Positions 55,293 to 62,882 of a stretch of 64,000 nucleotides of DNA are shown piece after piece. The DNA lies in NCBI GenBank assembly GCA_964396185.1, contig CAYNEI010000009.1:3057-67056 (forward strand), in the 5' to 3' direction. How positions within the stretch are numbered: position 1 is the stretch's first letter; every line of letters starts with the position of its first letter. Source of the DNA: an uncultured Thermoplasmatales archaeon. GTDB lineage: Archaea; Thermoplasmatota; SW-10-69-26. The notes beneath the pieces were generated by a model. That model searched no databases and had not been told where the DNA came from. It worked only from the letters and a program-made list of their open reading frames with translations. A program made the position numbers and the translations under genes.

Positions 55293-57149
55293 TCACACGC
55301 GCTCGCGCTTGTACGCGGCCCGACCAGGTTCGTCCAGGGATCCGAAGTAGCAGGGGGGGCAGGCGTGGATGCGGCGCCACGACGGACCGCTGGCTTGGCC
55401 GCGTGTGGCTCGCTTCGCATGCGTGGCCCCGTTGGCGGTGGTGGTGTACGAGACCGGGCCCTGGACGGATTGCTCGCAGAGATGGCAGGTGCGTACCAGT
55501 CCAGTGGCGGGGCCAACCGCTGAGCCTGGCGCGGCAGGGGCAGCGGAAGGATGAGGGGTGGGAGAAGGACCCGGGGCGGATGCCTGGCTGTGGGCGTCGA
55601 GCTCGGGGAGCCAGCGCCAGGCGATGAGCGCTGCAAGCAACGTGACGATGGCGCCGGCCACGAAGGTCCAGGTCATGGCATCGACGAAGGCCAGCTTGGC
55701 TGCCGCGGCCAAGGCTGCTCCCTGCTCACCGCCAACGCGCTCGGCCATGGTGAGCGCAGCACCGACGCTGTTGGTCACGGCCTCCCGGGCCTGGCTCGGC
55801 ACGCTGGCCGGGATGGCTTCCGAGAGGTTGCGTTGGTAGCCCTCGTTGAGGATGCTGCCGAGCACCGCGATGCCCACGGCACCGCCGACCTCGCGGCTCG
55901 TGTCGTTGACCGCTGAGCCCACCCCGGCCTTGCGCTCCGGGACGCTGTCCATGATGGTCGTCGTAGCAGGCGCCATGGCGAAGCCCATGCCGAGCCCGCT
56001 CATCAGGAAGAAGGGGGCCTGGCGCCAGTAGGCCGTGTCGACCTGGAAGAGCGCGAAGGCGACGAGGCTGCCGGAGAGCATGAGCATGCCGAAGGCGACG
56101 ATGCGGGGGGTGCCGAACCTGCGGGCCAGCCGGTCGCTGTTGGGCGCACCCAGCATCATGCCGCCAGCGAAGGGGAGCACGCGGATCCCGGCTTGGAGGG
56201 GGGAGTAGCCTTGGACGAACTGGAGGTACTGGGTGAGCACGAAGAAGACGGCGAACATGCCGAAGAAGGTCATCGAGATGGTCGTGGTGCCCACGCTGAA
56301 GCCGCGCTCGCGGAAGAAGCCCAGCGGCAGCATGGGGTGCTCGGTGGTGAGCTCCCAGAGGATGAAGGCGAGCCCGGTGATGGCCGCAAGAGCGAACCCG
56401 GTGAGCACGAGCTCGTCGGTCCAGCCGCGCTCGGGTCCCTCGATGATGGCGAAGAGCAGGCCCGTGAGCGAGACGATGGAGAGCAGGGCACCGACGGGGT
56501 CGAGCTTGCCCTGCTCGGGATCCTTGCTCGTGGGGACCAGCAGCCAGCCACCGATGAGCGCCAGGGCGACCACGGGGATGTTGATGGCGAAGATGGAGGG
56601 CCAGCTGAAGTGCTCGAGCAGCCAACCACCAACCACGGGCCCGATGGCACCCCCGAGGCCCGCGAAGGCGGCCCAGATGCCCATGGCCTTGCCGCGCTCG
56701 CCTCGGGGGAAGACCGTGATCAGGATGGAGAGGGTGGCGGGCATGACCAGGGCAGCCCCGATGCCCATGACAGCCCGGATGGCGATGAGGTGCTCCGGCG
56801 TGGTGGCCCAGAACGCTGTGGCCGAGGCAGCACCGAAGATCACAAGCCCGGCCTTGAGCGCACCTCCGCGGCCGAAGCGGTCGCCCAGCGCGCCCATGGT
56901 CAAAAGCAGGCTGCCGAAGACGAGCGCGTAGGCGTCCACGATCCACTGGAGCTCGGCGTTCGTGGCATCCAGCTCGAACACCAGCGTGGGCAGGGCGACG
57001 TTGAGCACGCTGTTGCCGAGGACGATGAGCACGAGGCTCAGGTTCAGGACAGCAAGCGTCCACCAGCGCTTGGCGTAGATGTGCTCGGGGATGCCCGATG
57101 GAGCCCCGGCTGCCTGAGTCGTAGGCGCCTCGGCTCGCTCGCTGGGCAC
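55293..57149 (-). CDS. MFS transporter (14-TM DHA2/EmrB-like) with C-terminal zinc-ribbon extension
   Basis: GALGDRFGRGGALK (motif A) and 14 hydrophobic segments. The C-terminal ~105 aa contain CHLC...CPPC. Start set to the GTG at 57149, about 22 nt from TTTTTAAGG on the minus strand. The ATG at 57251 would overlap the divergent gene. Confidence 0.8.
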   Translation of the reverse strand: MPSERAEAPTTQAAGAPSGIPEHIYAKRWWTLAVLNLSLVLIVLGNSVLNVALPTLVFELDATNAELQWIVDAYALVFGSLLLTMGALGDRFGRGGALKAGLVIFGAASATAFWATTPEHLIAIRAVMGIGAALVMPATLSILITVFPRGERGKAMGIWAAFAGLGGAIGPVVGGWLLEHFSWPSIFAINIPVVALALIGGWLLVPTSKDPEQGKLDPVGALLSIVSLTGLLFAIIEGPERGWTDELVLTGFALAAITGLAFILWELTTEHPMLPLGFFRERGFSVGTTTISMTFFGMFAVFFVLTQYLQFVQGYSPLQAGIRVLPFAGGMMLGAPNSDRLARRFGTPRIVAFGMLMLSGSLVAFALFQVDTAYWRQAPFFLMSGLGMGFAMAPATTTIMDSVPERKAGVGSAVNDTSREVGGAVGIAVLGSILNEGYQRNLSEAIPASVPSQAREAVTNSVGAALTMAERVGGEQGAALAAAAKLAFVDAMTWTFVAGAIVTLLAALIAWRWLPELDAHSQASAPGPSPTPHPSAAPAAPGSAVGPATGLVRTCHLCEQSVQGPVSYTTTANGATHAKRATRGQASGPSWRRIHACPPCYFGSLDEPGRAAYKRERV

Positions 57150-57249
57150 GGCCGGAGCTAGTAAGCCTCCCTTAAAAACCTCACGGCCCGCGGCCCTCCA
57201 GAGCTCGTATATAGCTAACGGTTCCCGAGCCAGCCGCCGGGATGATAGC

Positions 57250-58152
57250 ATGCGGGAAATCTACATTTGGCTGATCGCAGCGATGTTCGTCGGTTCTGCC
57301 GCCGCGGTGATGGCGGCAAAGCCGGTGAAAGTGCAAGAATGGAGCAACGGCTTCCCAAGCGGGGAGCACTTCAACCTGAACATACACGGGAAGAAGGCAA
57401 GCTACGAGTGCGAGCCCGACGGAGGCGGCGGATCCCTGTTCGTCCCCGAGTTCGGTGACTCGCGGATCGACTTCATGATGAACAAGAAGTCGAAGATCGA
57501 GAACCTGACCATCCACGACAAGTGCGGGGACGCCTTCGACGGGGACCCAGCCCTCGTCGAGCTCCCCGACGGGGAGTACCAGGTCTACGCTCGGATCCTG
57601 GCCAAGCCTGCCAAGGCCGGAGAGCCGAGCGAGGTCGTGTTCTCGCCGAGCCTCGTCGAGGCGTGCAACGACTCAGGCACCGAGAACTTCACCGAGGCCA
57701 CCGATTGCGAGGAGTCCTTCCTGCTGGGCACCGGTGTCGTGACCAAGGATGGTGCGTACACCGTGGAATCCGGGGAACTGGTCCGGTTCGACTCCAGCGA
57801 AGAGGAGGAGAAGGGCCCCAAGGGCAAGGGTGGCGGTGGCAAGGGTAAGAGCACTGCTGAGGACATCAGCGGGCTCTTCCAATGGAGCGGCTGGGCCTGC
57901 GACCAGGTCTACGACACGAACGGTGACGGAGAGATCACCATCGAGGATCTCAACGGCACGGACCTGAACGGTGACAACGTGACCGACGAGCAGGACCTGG
58001 AGATCTACCTGGCGGAGAACTGCACGGAGTTCACCGACGAGTGGATCTTCAACATCGCTGACCTGGTGGTCAGTGGTTGGGACTACAAGAACAACGGCGC
58101 CAAGCTCGTGCAGATCCGGTTCTACCCGGTCGACACGACCACGTTCGAGTAG
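57250..58152 (+). CDS. secreted protein with dockerin/EF-hand-like Ca-binding repeats
   Basis: Signal peptide IWLIAAMFVGSAAAVMA. DTNGDGEITIEDLNGTDLNGDNVTDEQDL has two DxNxDG-type loops. G/K-rich linker KGPKGKGGGGKGK. GTATATAGC box about 35 nt upstream. Confidence 0.7.
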   Translation: MREIYIWLIAAMFVGSAAAVMAAKPVKVQEWSNGFPSGEHFNLNIHGKKASYECEPDGGGGSLFVPEFGDSRIDFMMNKKSKIENLTIHDKCGDAFDGDPALVELPDGEYQVYARILAKPAKAGEPSEVVFSPSLVEACNDSGTENFTEATDCEESFLLGTGVVTKDGAYTVESGELVRFDSSEEEEKGPKGKGGGGKGKSTAEDISGLFQWSGWACDQVYDTNGDGEITIEDLNGTDLNGDNVTDEQDLEIYLAENCTEFTDEWIFNIADLVVSGWDYKNNGAKLVQIRFYPVDTTTFE

Positions 58153-58162
58153 GCCACACTCC

Positions 58163-58208
58163 GTGGTGCCCTGGCTGATCCGGGGCACCACCTCTCTTCC
58201 TTTCTTTA
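58163..58208 (+). terminator. hairpin plus pyrimidine/T-rich tract after the 57250 gene
   Basis: GTGGTGCCC (58163-58171) pairs with GGGCACCAC (58183-58191), followed by CTCTCTTCCTTTCTTTAC. Confidence 0.5.
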
Positions 58209-58250
58209 CGCTCCCAGCACTCCGGCTTCCTTCACCTAAGCTTCCGCCTG

Positions 58251-58979
58251 CTAAGCTTCCAAGTCGTACACGATCCGGGTGCGCCCGCTCCCCTTGTTCT
58301 CCGTGCGAAGGATGCGCATCTCGCCGATCTCGCCTGTGGACTTGACGTGCGTGCCGGCGCACGGGCAGATGTCGATGTCCGGGATCTCCACGACGCGCAG
58401 GGTCTGGATGAAGTCCGGGATGAGGTGGAGCAGCGTGCGCTCGGTATCGATGCGCTCGGCCAGGCTGGAACGGTCCTCCTCATAGCCCAGGACCTCGAGG
58501 TCGTCGTCGAAGACCTCGTTGCACGCGGCCTGGATCTCCTCGAGCTGCGCGTCCGTGAAGGCGTCCGTTTCGAAGTCGACGCGAGAGTAGTCGGTGCTGA
58601 TGTTGTTGCCGCAGGTCTTCATGCCGTCGTAGCGCTCGTAGGCGATGGCCGAGAGCACGTGCTGGGCGGTGTGCATACGCATGAGCGTGTGGCGGCGGTT
58701 CCAATCGATCTCGCCGACCACCTCGGCTCCCGTCTCCGGCAGCCCACCAGCGAGCTTGTGGATGGGGTCCCCCTTCTGTTTGCGCACATCCGTGACCTGG
58801 ACCGGCTCATCGCCGACGCGGAGCACGCCCGTGTCGTGGGGCTGGCCTCCACCGGTGGCGTAGAAGAGGGTCTGGTCGAGCTTGACGTGGTTCTCGCTTG
58901 CATCCACGACCCTGGCCTCGAACGTCTTCTGGTAGGCCTTGTCCGGCTCGGGGAGGTAGAGGATGTCCGTGGTCGCCAT
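58251..58979 (-). CDS. alaX: AlaX-M-type alanyl-tRNA editing protein
   Basis: TLFYATGGGQPHDTG, RMHTAQHVLS (HxxxH), ICPCAGTHV (CxxxH). ATG at 58979 preferred; the TTG at 59024 lies in the repeat flank. Confidence 0.82.
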   Translation of the reverse strand: MATTDILYLPEPDKAYQKTFEARVVDASENHVKLDQTLFYATGGGQPHDTGVLRVGDEPVQVTDVRKQKGDPIHKLAGGLPETGAEVVGEIDWNRRHTLMRMHTAQHVLSAIAYERYDGMKTCGNNISTDYSRVDFETDAFTDAQLEEIQAACNEVFDDDLEVLGYEEDRSSLAERIDTERTLLHLIPDFIQTLRVVEIPDIDICPCAGTHVKSTGEIGEMRILRTENKGSGRTRIVYDLEA

Positions 58980-59028
58980 GGATGCCAAGAGATGGGCGGG
59001 GTAGAAGGGGTTTGCGCTGGCCAACCAA

Positions 59029-59416
59029 CCTAGATCACGAAGGGCACGAAGGGGTCACCAAGGACACGAAGGAGGAAGAGGGGGAGGAGCGGGAAGAGCG
59101 GGAAGAGGTGGAAGAGGGACATGACGGATGATCCAGGGCCTTCCCGTGCTGGCCAGCCAACCTAGATCATGAAGTGCACCAAGTGGTCACCAAGGACACG
59201 AAGGAGGAAGAGAGGGAGGAGCGGGAAGAGAGAGGGAAGAGGTGGAAGAGGGAGACGACGGGCGGTCGAGTGCCCGCCCGTTGTTCCTCTCGCCCCTGGT
59301 GCCCTTCGAGCTTCTTCGTGTCCTTCGTGATCCAGGTCCTGGGCCTTCACCCACCCACCCGTGTTCCTGCTATCCTTGGTGCCCTTCGAGCTTCTTCGTG
59401 TCCTTCGTGATCTAGG
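59029..59416. repeat. compound periodic-arm palindromic element (CACGAAGG / CCTTCGTG type): two left arms, two right arms
   Basis: Left arms start CCTAGATCA[C/T]GAAG at 59029 and 59161. Right arms GGTGCCCTTCGAGCTTCTTCGTGTCCTTCGTGATC at 59298 and 59378 are identical over 35 nt. Termini GATCACGAAGG and CCTTCGTGATC are perfect inverted repeats. Confidence 0.88.
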
Positions 59417-59461
59417 TCGTCGGTCGGAAGGGCTTAACCGACCAGCCTCTATCTCGACGCG

Positions 59462-60355
59462 ATGGACGTGCGGATCATCGGTGTCCCCATGGATCTGGGG
59501 GCGGCTCGGCGTGGGACCGACATGGGGCCGTCTGCGGTCCGCGCCGCTCGCCTGCAAGGACGCCTGGAGGAGCTAGGCCACACGGTCAAGGACGGTGGCA
59601 ACGTGTTCGCCGTGGAACCCGAGACCCGCAAGGGAGATCGCACGGATGCCCGGTTCCTGGCCGAGATCGTCCGGACCTGCGAGACCCTGGCCCGGCGCGT
59701 GGCCAAAGCCAAGCAGGCCGACGAGGTGCCACTCATCATCGGGGGGGACCACAGCATCGCCATGGGCACCGGGGCGGGCGTCGCCACGGGGGATACGCGC
59801 GTGGGCGTGCTCTGGATCGACGCGCACACCGATTTCAACACACCCGAGATCAGCCCCAGCGGGAACATCCACGGCATGCCTCTCGCGACCCTGGTCGGTC
59901 GGGGCAACCCCCGGCTCTGCGAGATCGGGGGCATCGCTCCCAAGGTCCGCGAGGAGGACGTGGTCATCATCGGGGCCCGGTCGATCGATGGGGAGGAACG
60001 CGACCTGCTCTCCAAGAGCGACGTCACCGTGTTCACCATGCGCGACATCGACGAGAACGGGATGAGCTCCGTGATGGGGCAGGCACTTGAGATCGTCGCC
60101 GACGGACCCGAGTGGATGCACGTGAGCCTCGACATGGACGCTGTCGACCCCACCATCGCCCCTGGCGTGGGCACCCCGAAGAAAGGGGGGCTCACGTACC
60201 GAGAGGCCCACCTCGCGTGCGAGATGATCAACGACTCAGGCCTGCTCTCCTCCATGGAGATCGTAGAGGTCAACCCCATCCTGGACGAGGGCAACAAGAC
60301 CGCCGAGCTCGCCGTCGATCTTGCGCGCAGCGCCTTCGGCAAGCAGATCTTGTGA
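59462..60355 (+). CDS. rocF: arginase (ureohydrolase family)
   Basis: GGDHSIAMG, WIDAHTDFNTP, SPSGNIHGMPLA, SLDMDAVDP, EVNP. Confidence 0.88.
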   Translation: MDVRIIGVPMDLGAARRGTDMGPSAVRAARLQGRLEELGHTVKDGGNVFAVEPETRKGDRTDARFLAEIVRTCETLARRVAKAKQADEVPLIIGGDHSIAMGTGAGVATGDTRVGVLWIDAHTDFNTPEISPSGNIHGMPLATLVGRGNPRLCEIGGIAPKVREEDVVIIGARSIDGEERDLLSKSDVTVFTMRDIDENGMSSVMGQALEIVADGPEWMHVSLDMDAVDPTIAPGVGTPKKGGLTYREAHLACEMINDSGLLSSMEIVEVNPILDEGNKTAELAVDLARSAFGKQIL

Positions 60356-60366
60356 CCAACAGGCGG

Positions 60367-60525
60367 GAACCACAAAGTCACAACGGACACAACGACCACG
60401 ACGTGAGATGAGTCGGTCCATCATGGAGGTGCCCAGCAGCCCGTGGATCCACCAACATGGCCGGGTCGTGGCAGGTCGTACTGGGTCGTGGTGGGTCGTT
60501 GTGCCCCTTGTGCCGTTGTGGTTGG
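60367..60525. repeat. periodic-arm palindromic element (CACAACGG / CCGTTGTG type)
   Basis: AACCACAAAGTCACAACGGACACAACG (left) faces CGTTGTGCCCCTTGTGCCGTTGTGGTT (right), about 27-nt arms with a few mismatches. Extra GTCGTGG units on the right. Confidence 0.78.
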
Positions 60526-60531
60526 CCTGGC

Positions 60532-61206
60532 TTAGAGCTTGAGCTGGCGGGGTGCACCCTCGAAGCGCCAGCCAGCGATGCCCACGAAGGGTTCGAGCTG
60601 GCGGAAGAGCTCTGGGAGCACGCGGGGGCCCAGCGCGGCCGGCCCGGCGGCCACGAGCAACGCCCGATCGCTCTTCTCGTGCAGCGCGGTCCGTTGACCG
60701 TCCCGATGGAGCACGAGGCCCACGACGCCCTCGTCATCGGCCCAGATGGGCAGGCCTTCCTCTAGCGTCATGGCATCTCCGCCGATGGGCTGGAAGGGTT
60801 GGTCCTGCTCGGAGACATCCAGCCGGAGCTCGCCTTGGACTTCGCCCGCGTCGAACGCGCTCACAGGCACGAGCGTGGCGGCTGAAGCGAGGTTGTAGGC
60901 ATCGACCAGCGGGAGGATCGAGGGCAGACCCTTGCCCTGCGCGACCCGTCGAGCCAGGGCCTCCCCAGCGGGCCGCTGCTTGGTCGGATCGATCCCCAGG
61001 TCCCAGAAGAGCGCGCGGTAGGCCTGGGCGATGGGATCCTCGGCCAAGCTCTCGGGCCTGCGGGCCGGGATGACGCGCTCTGGGGATGGAAGCTCGTTGG
61101 CCTCACCGTCGCGCTGGACCGGGACCCAGTCCACGCGGAGCCCACCGAGCAGCTCGCACGCCCTCTCCGTCGCCTCGACCACGAGCAACCGAATGGGGAC
61201 ACCCAA
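60532..61206 (-). CDS. stand-alone B3/B4 (PheRS-beta-like) tRNA-binding domain protein
   Basis: QAYRALFWDLGIDPTKQRPAGEALARRV..GKGLPSILPLVDAYNLASAATLVPVSAFD matches the B3_4 domain pattern. TTG start. Confidence 0.65.
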   Translation of the reverse strand: MGVPIRLLVVEATERACELLGGLRVDWVPVQRDGEANELPSPERVIPARRPESLAEDPIAQAYRALFWDLGIDPTKQRPAGEALARRVAQGKGLPSILPLVDAYNLASAATLVPVSAFDAGEVQGELRLDVSEQDQPFQPIGGDAMTLEEGLPIWADDEGVVGLVLHRDGQRTALHEKSDRALLVAAGPAALGPRVLPELFRQLEPFVGIAGWRFEGAPRQLKL

Positions 61207-61266
61207 GAAAAGCGGCTCGGCTGGCCGGGCCCGTCAACACCTTAACGGTGGCGACCATGCCCCGGC

Positions 61267-61938
61267 GTGGAGCCTCGAAGCATCGAAGCTGTCGTGTTCG
61301 ATTTCGATGGTGTCCTGGCGCGATCGATCGAGCTGCATGCGGTGGCCTACCAGCTCGTCCTGCACCCGTTCGGGGTGCCGGTCTCGCCCCACGACATTTT
61401 CCTGCGCGAGGGAGCCAGGTCCGAGACGATCATCGAGGAGCTCATGCAGGCGGCTGGCCTCGAGCCCGATGCCGGCCAAGTCCAGCGGCTCTCGCATCTC
61501 AAGCAGCGTGTCTTCGAGCGCATCGGGACCCCGGCCACCTTCCCTTGGGCCCGCCAGGTCGTCGAAGAGGTGGGGGAGCGAGGCTTCCCCATGGCCATCG
61601 CCACGGGCACGCGGCGCGAGAACGTGCCCGCCATCGCCGCAGCGTTCGTGGATCGCTTCGCCTTCCTCTCGACCCAGGAGAGCTACGAGCACGACAAACC
61701 CCATCCAGAGCCATTCCTGACCGCAGCCGAGGGGCTGGGGGTGGACCCGGAACGGTGCCTTGCGATCGAGAACGCGCCGCGTGGGATCGCGAGCGCGAAG
61801 GACGCGGGCATGTTCGTGGTGGCGTTGACGACGACGCTGACCGCGGACGACGTAGGCGAGGCGCACCTCGTGCTCGAGACCCTGCCTGAGGTGCTTGATG
61901 TGCTCCCACAGCGGCCCGGTGGACGCGTCGAGCTGTGA
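61267..61938 (+). CDS. HAD-superfamily hydrolase (beta-phosphoglucomutase/phosphatase-like)
   Basis: VVFDFDGVL (motif I), IATGT (motif II), KPHPEPF, ENAPRGIASAKDAGM. GTG start. Confidence 0.82.
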   Translation: MEPRSIEAVVFDFDGVLARSIELHAVAYQLVLHPFGVPVSPHDIFLREGARSETIIEELMQAAGLEPDAGQVQRLSHLKQRVFERIGTPATFPWARQVVEEVGERGFPMAIATGTRRENVPAIAAAFVDRFAFLSTQESYEHDKPHPEPFLTAAEGLGVDPERCLAIENAPRGIASAKDAGMFVVALTTTLTADDVGEAHLVLETLPEVLDVLPQRPGGRVEL

Positions 61939-61944
61939 GGGCTG

Positions 61945-62553
61945 TTAGAGCCCCAGATCGTCCCACGCCTCCACGAAGTCCTGGACGAGGTCGTCCGGCG
62001 GCGGGTGCTCGGCGAGCAGGTGCAGCACCCGGTCCCGGTCGGCCAGGTGGATGATCCTGGAGCGGCCGTCCTTCTTGACGTGGATGAGCTCCTCGTCGCG
62101 CATCCGTGAGATGTGGTGGCTGGCGGTGCTCGCGGCCACGCCGCAGGCATCTGCGAGCTCGCCTGCAGTCAGGGGGCCTTGGTCGAGCAGGGCCACGACA
62201 GCGCGGAGCACCGGTGGCCGGCGCAAGAGCGTGATCAGCTGCTTGTCCTGTGGGCTCAAGGGGCTCGCGCTGCCCGCCTCGGTACGCTTGAGGGGGTAGA
62301 TGCGCCGGTGCTCGGACTGGGTCTCGGAGCGCGCCAGGCCCGCCTTCTCCAGCACGCGGACGTGGTAGCGGGCTAGGGACTCATCGTAGCCAGCGGTGCG
62401 CGCGAGCTCGGCCAGCGTGAGGCCCGGGTAGCGGTTGATGGTGACGAAGACGCGGCGCCGGGTCTCCAGGTCGAGGGGATCCTCCCCAGGACGAGCCACC
62501 AGGAGCACGAGGAACCCGGCGGGCTGGTGCTGGCTCGTGGTTCCCGGTTGCAC
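61945..62553 (-). CDS. double winged-HTH (ArsR-like) transcriptional regulator
   Basis: RRRVFVTINRYPGLTLAELARTAGYDESLARYHVRVLEKAGL and LRAVVALLDQGPLTAGELADACGVAASTASHHISRMRDEELI. Confidence 0.75.
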   Translation of the reverse strand: MQPGTTSQHQPAGFLVLLVARPGEDPLDLETRRRVFVTINRYPGLTLAELARTAGYDESLARYHVRVLEKAGLARSETQSEHRRIYPLKRTEAGSASPLSPQDKQLITLLRRPPVLRAVVALLDQGPLTAGELADACGVAASTASHHISRMRDEELIHVKKDGRSRIIHLADRDRVLHLLAEHPPPDDLVQDFVEAWDDLGL

Positions 62554-62556
62554 GGC

Positions 62557-62829
62557 TCACACCCTCAGCAGCGCGATGTAGATCAGGAGCATCGCAGCCC
62601 CGTGGGCGATGGGGACCGAGAGCCACTCGGGGGGCAGATCGGCCTGGGCTTGGAGCAGGAACGCGGTGACGGCTGCTTGGACGGCGCTGACAAGGAAGGC
62701 GGCCGAGAGCCAGATGCTGCGCGCCGAGCGGGTGCGCCGCCACGCCTGGAGGGCGAGCACGGTGAGCACGATGGCCAGCACGGCGGCTGCCCCGGCAGCT
62801 CCGGCTGCGATGTCCGCGACGGTCGCCAT
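62557..62829 (-). CDS. small membrane protein (3 TM)
   Basis: 90 aa with three hydrophobic helices. Its stop is 3 nt before the downstream regulator start. Confidence 0.55.
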   Translation of the reverse strand: MATVADIAAGAAGAAAVLAIVLTVLALQAWRRTRSARSIWLSAAFLVSAVQAAVTAFLLQAQADLPPEWLSVPIAHGAAMLLIYIALLRV

Positions 62830-62882
62830 GGCCCCACATCGGGCCCTAGCTTATCAACTCGCACGGTCCTGCAACACGGGCC

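Noticed and set aside
59029-59416. CRISPR array or coding tandem repeats as an explanation for the periodic repeats
   Set aside because: The unit period is only 8-10 nt with no spacers, and the arms are mutually complementary. The overlapping ORFs (58898-59131 and 59174-59410, translating to HEGHEG/EEE strings) are simply translations of the purine-rich arms.
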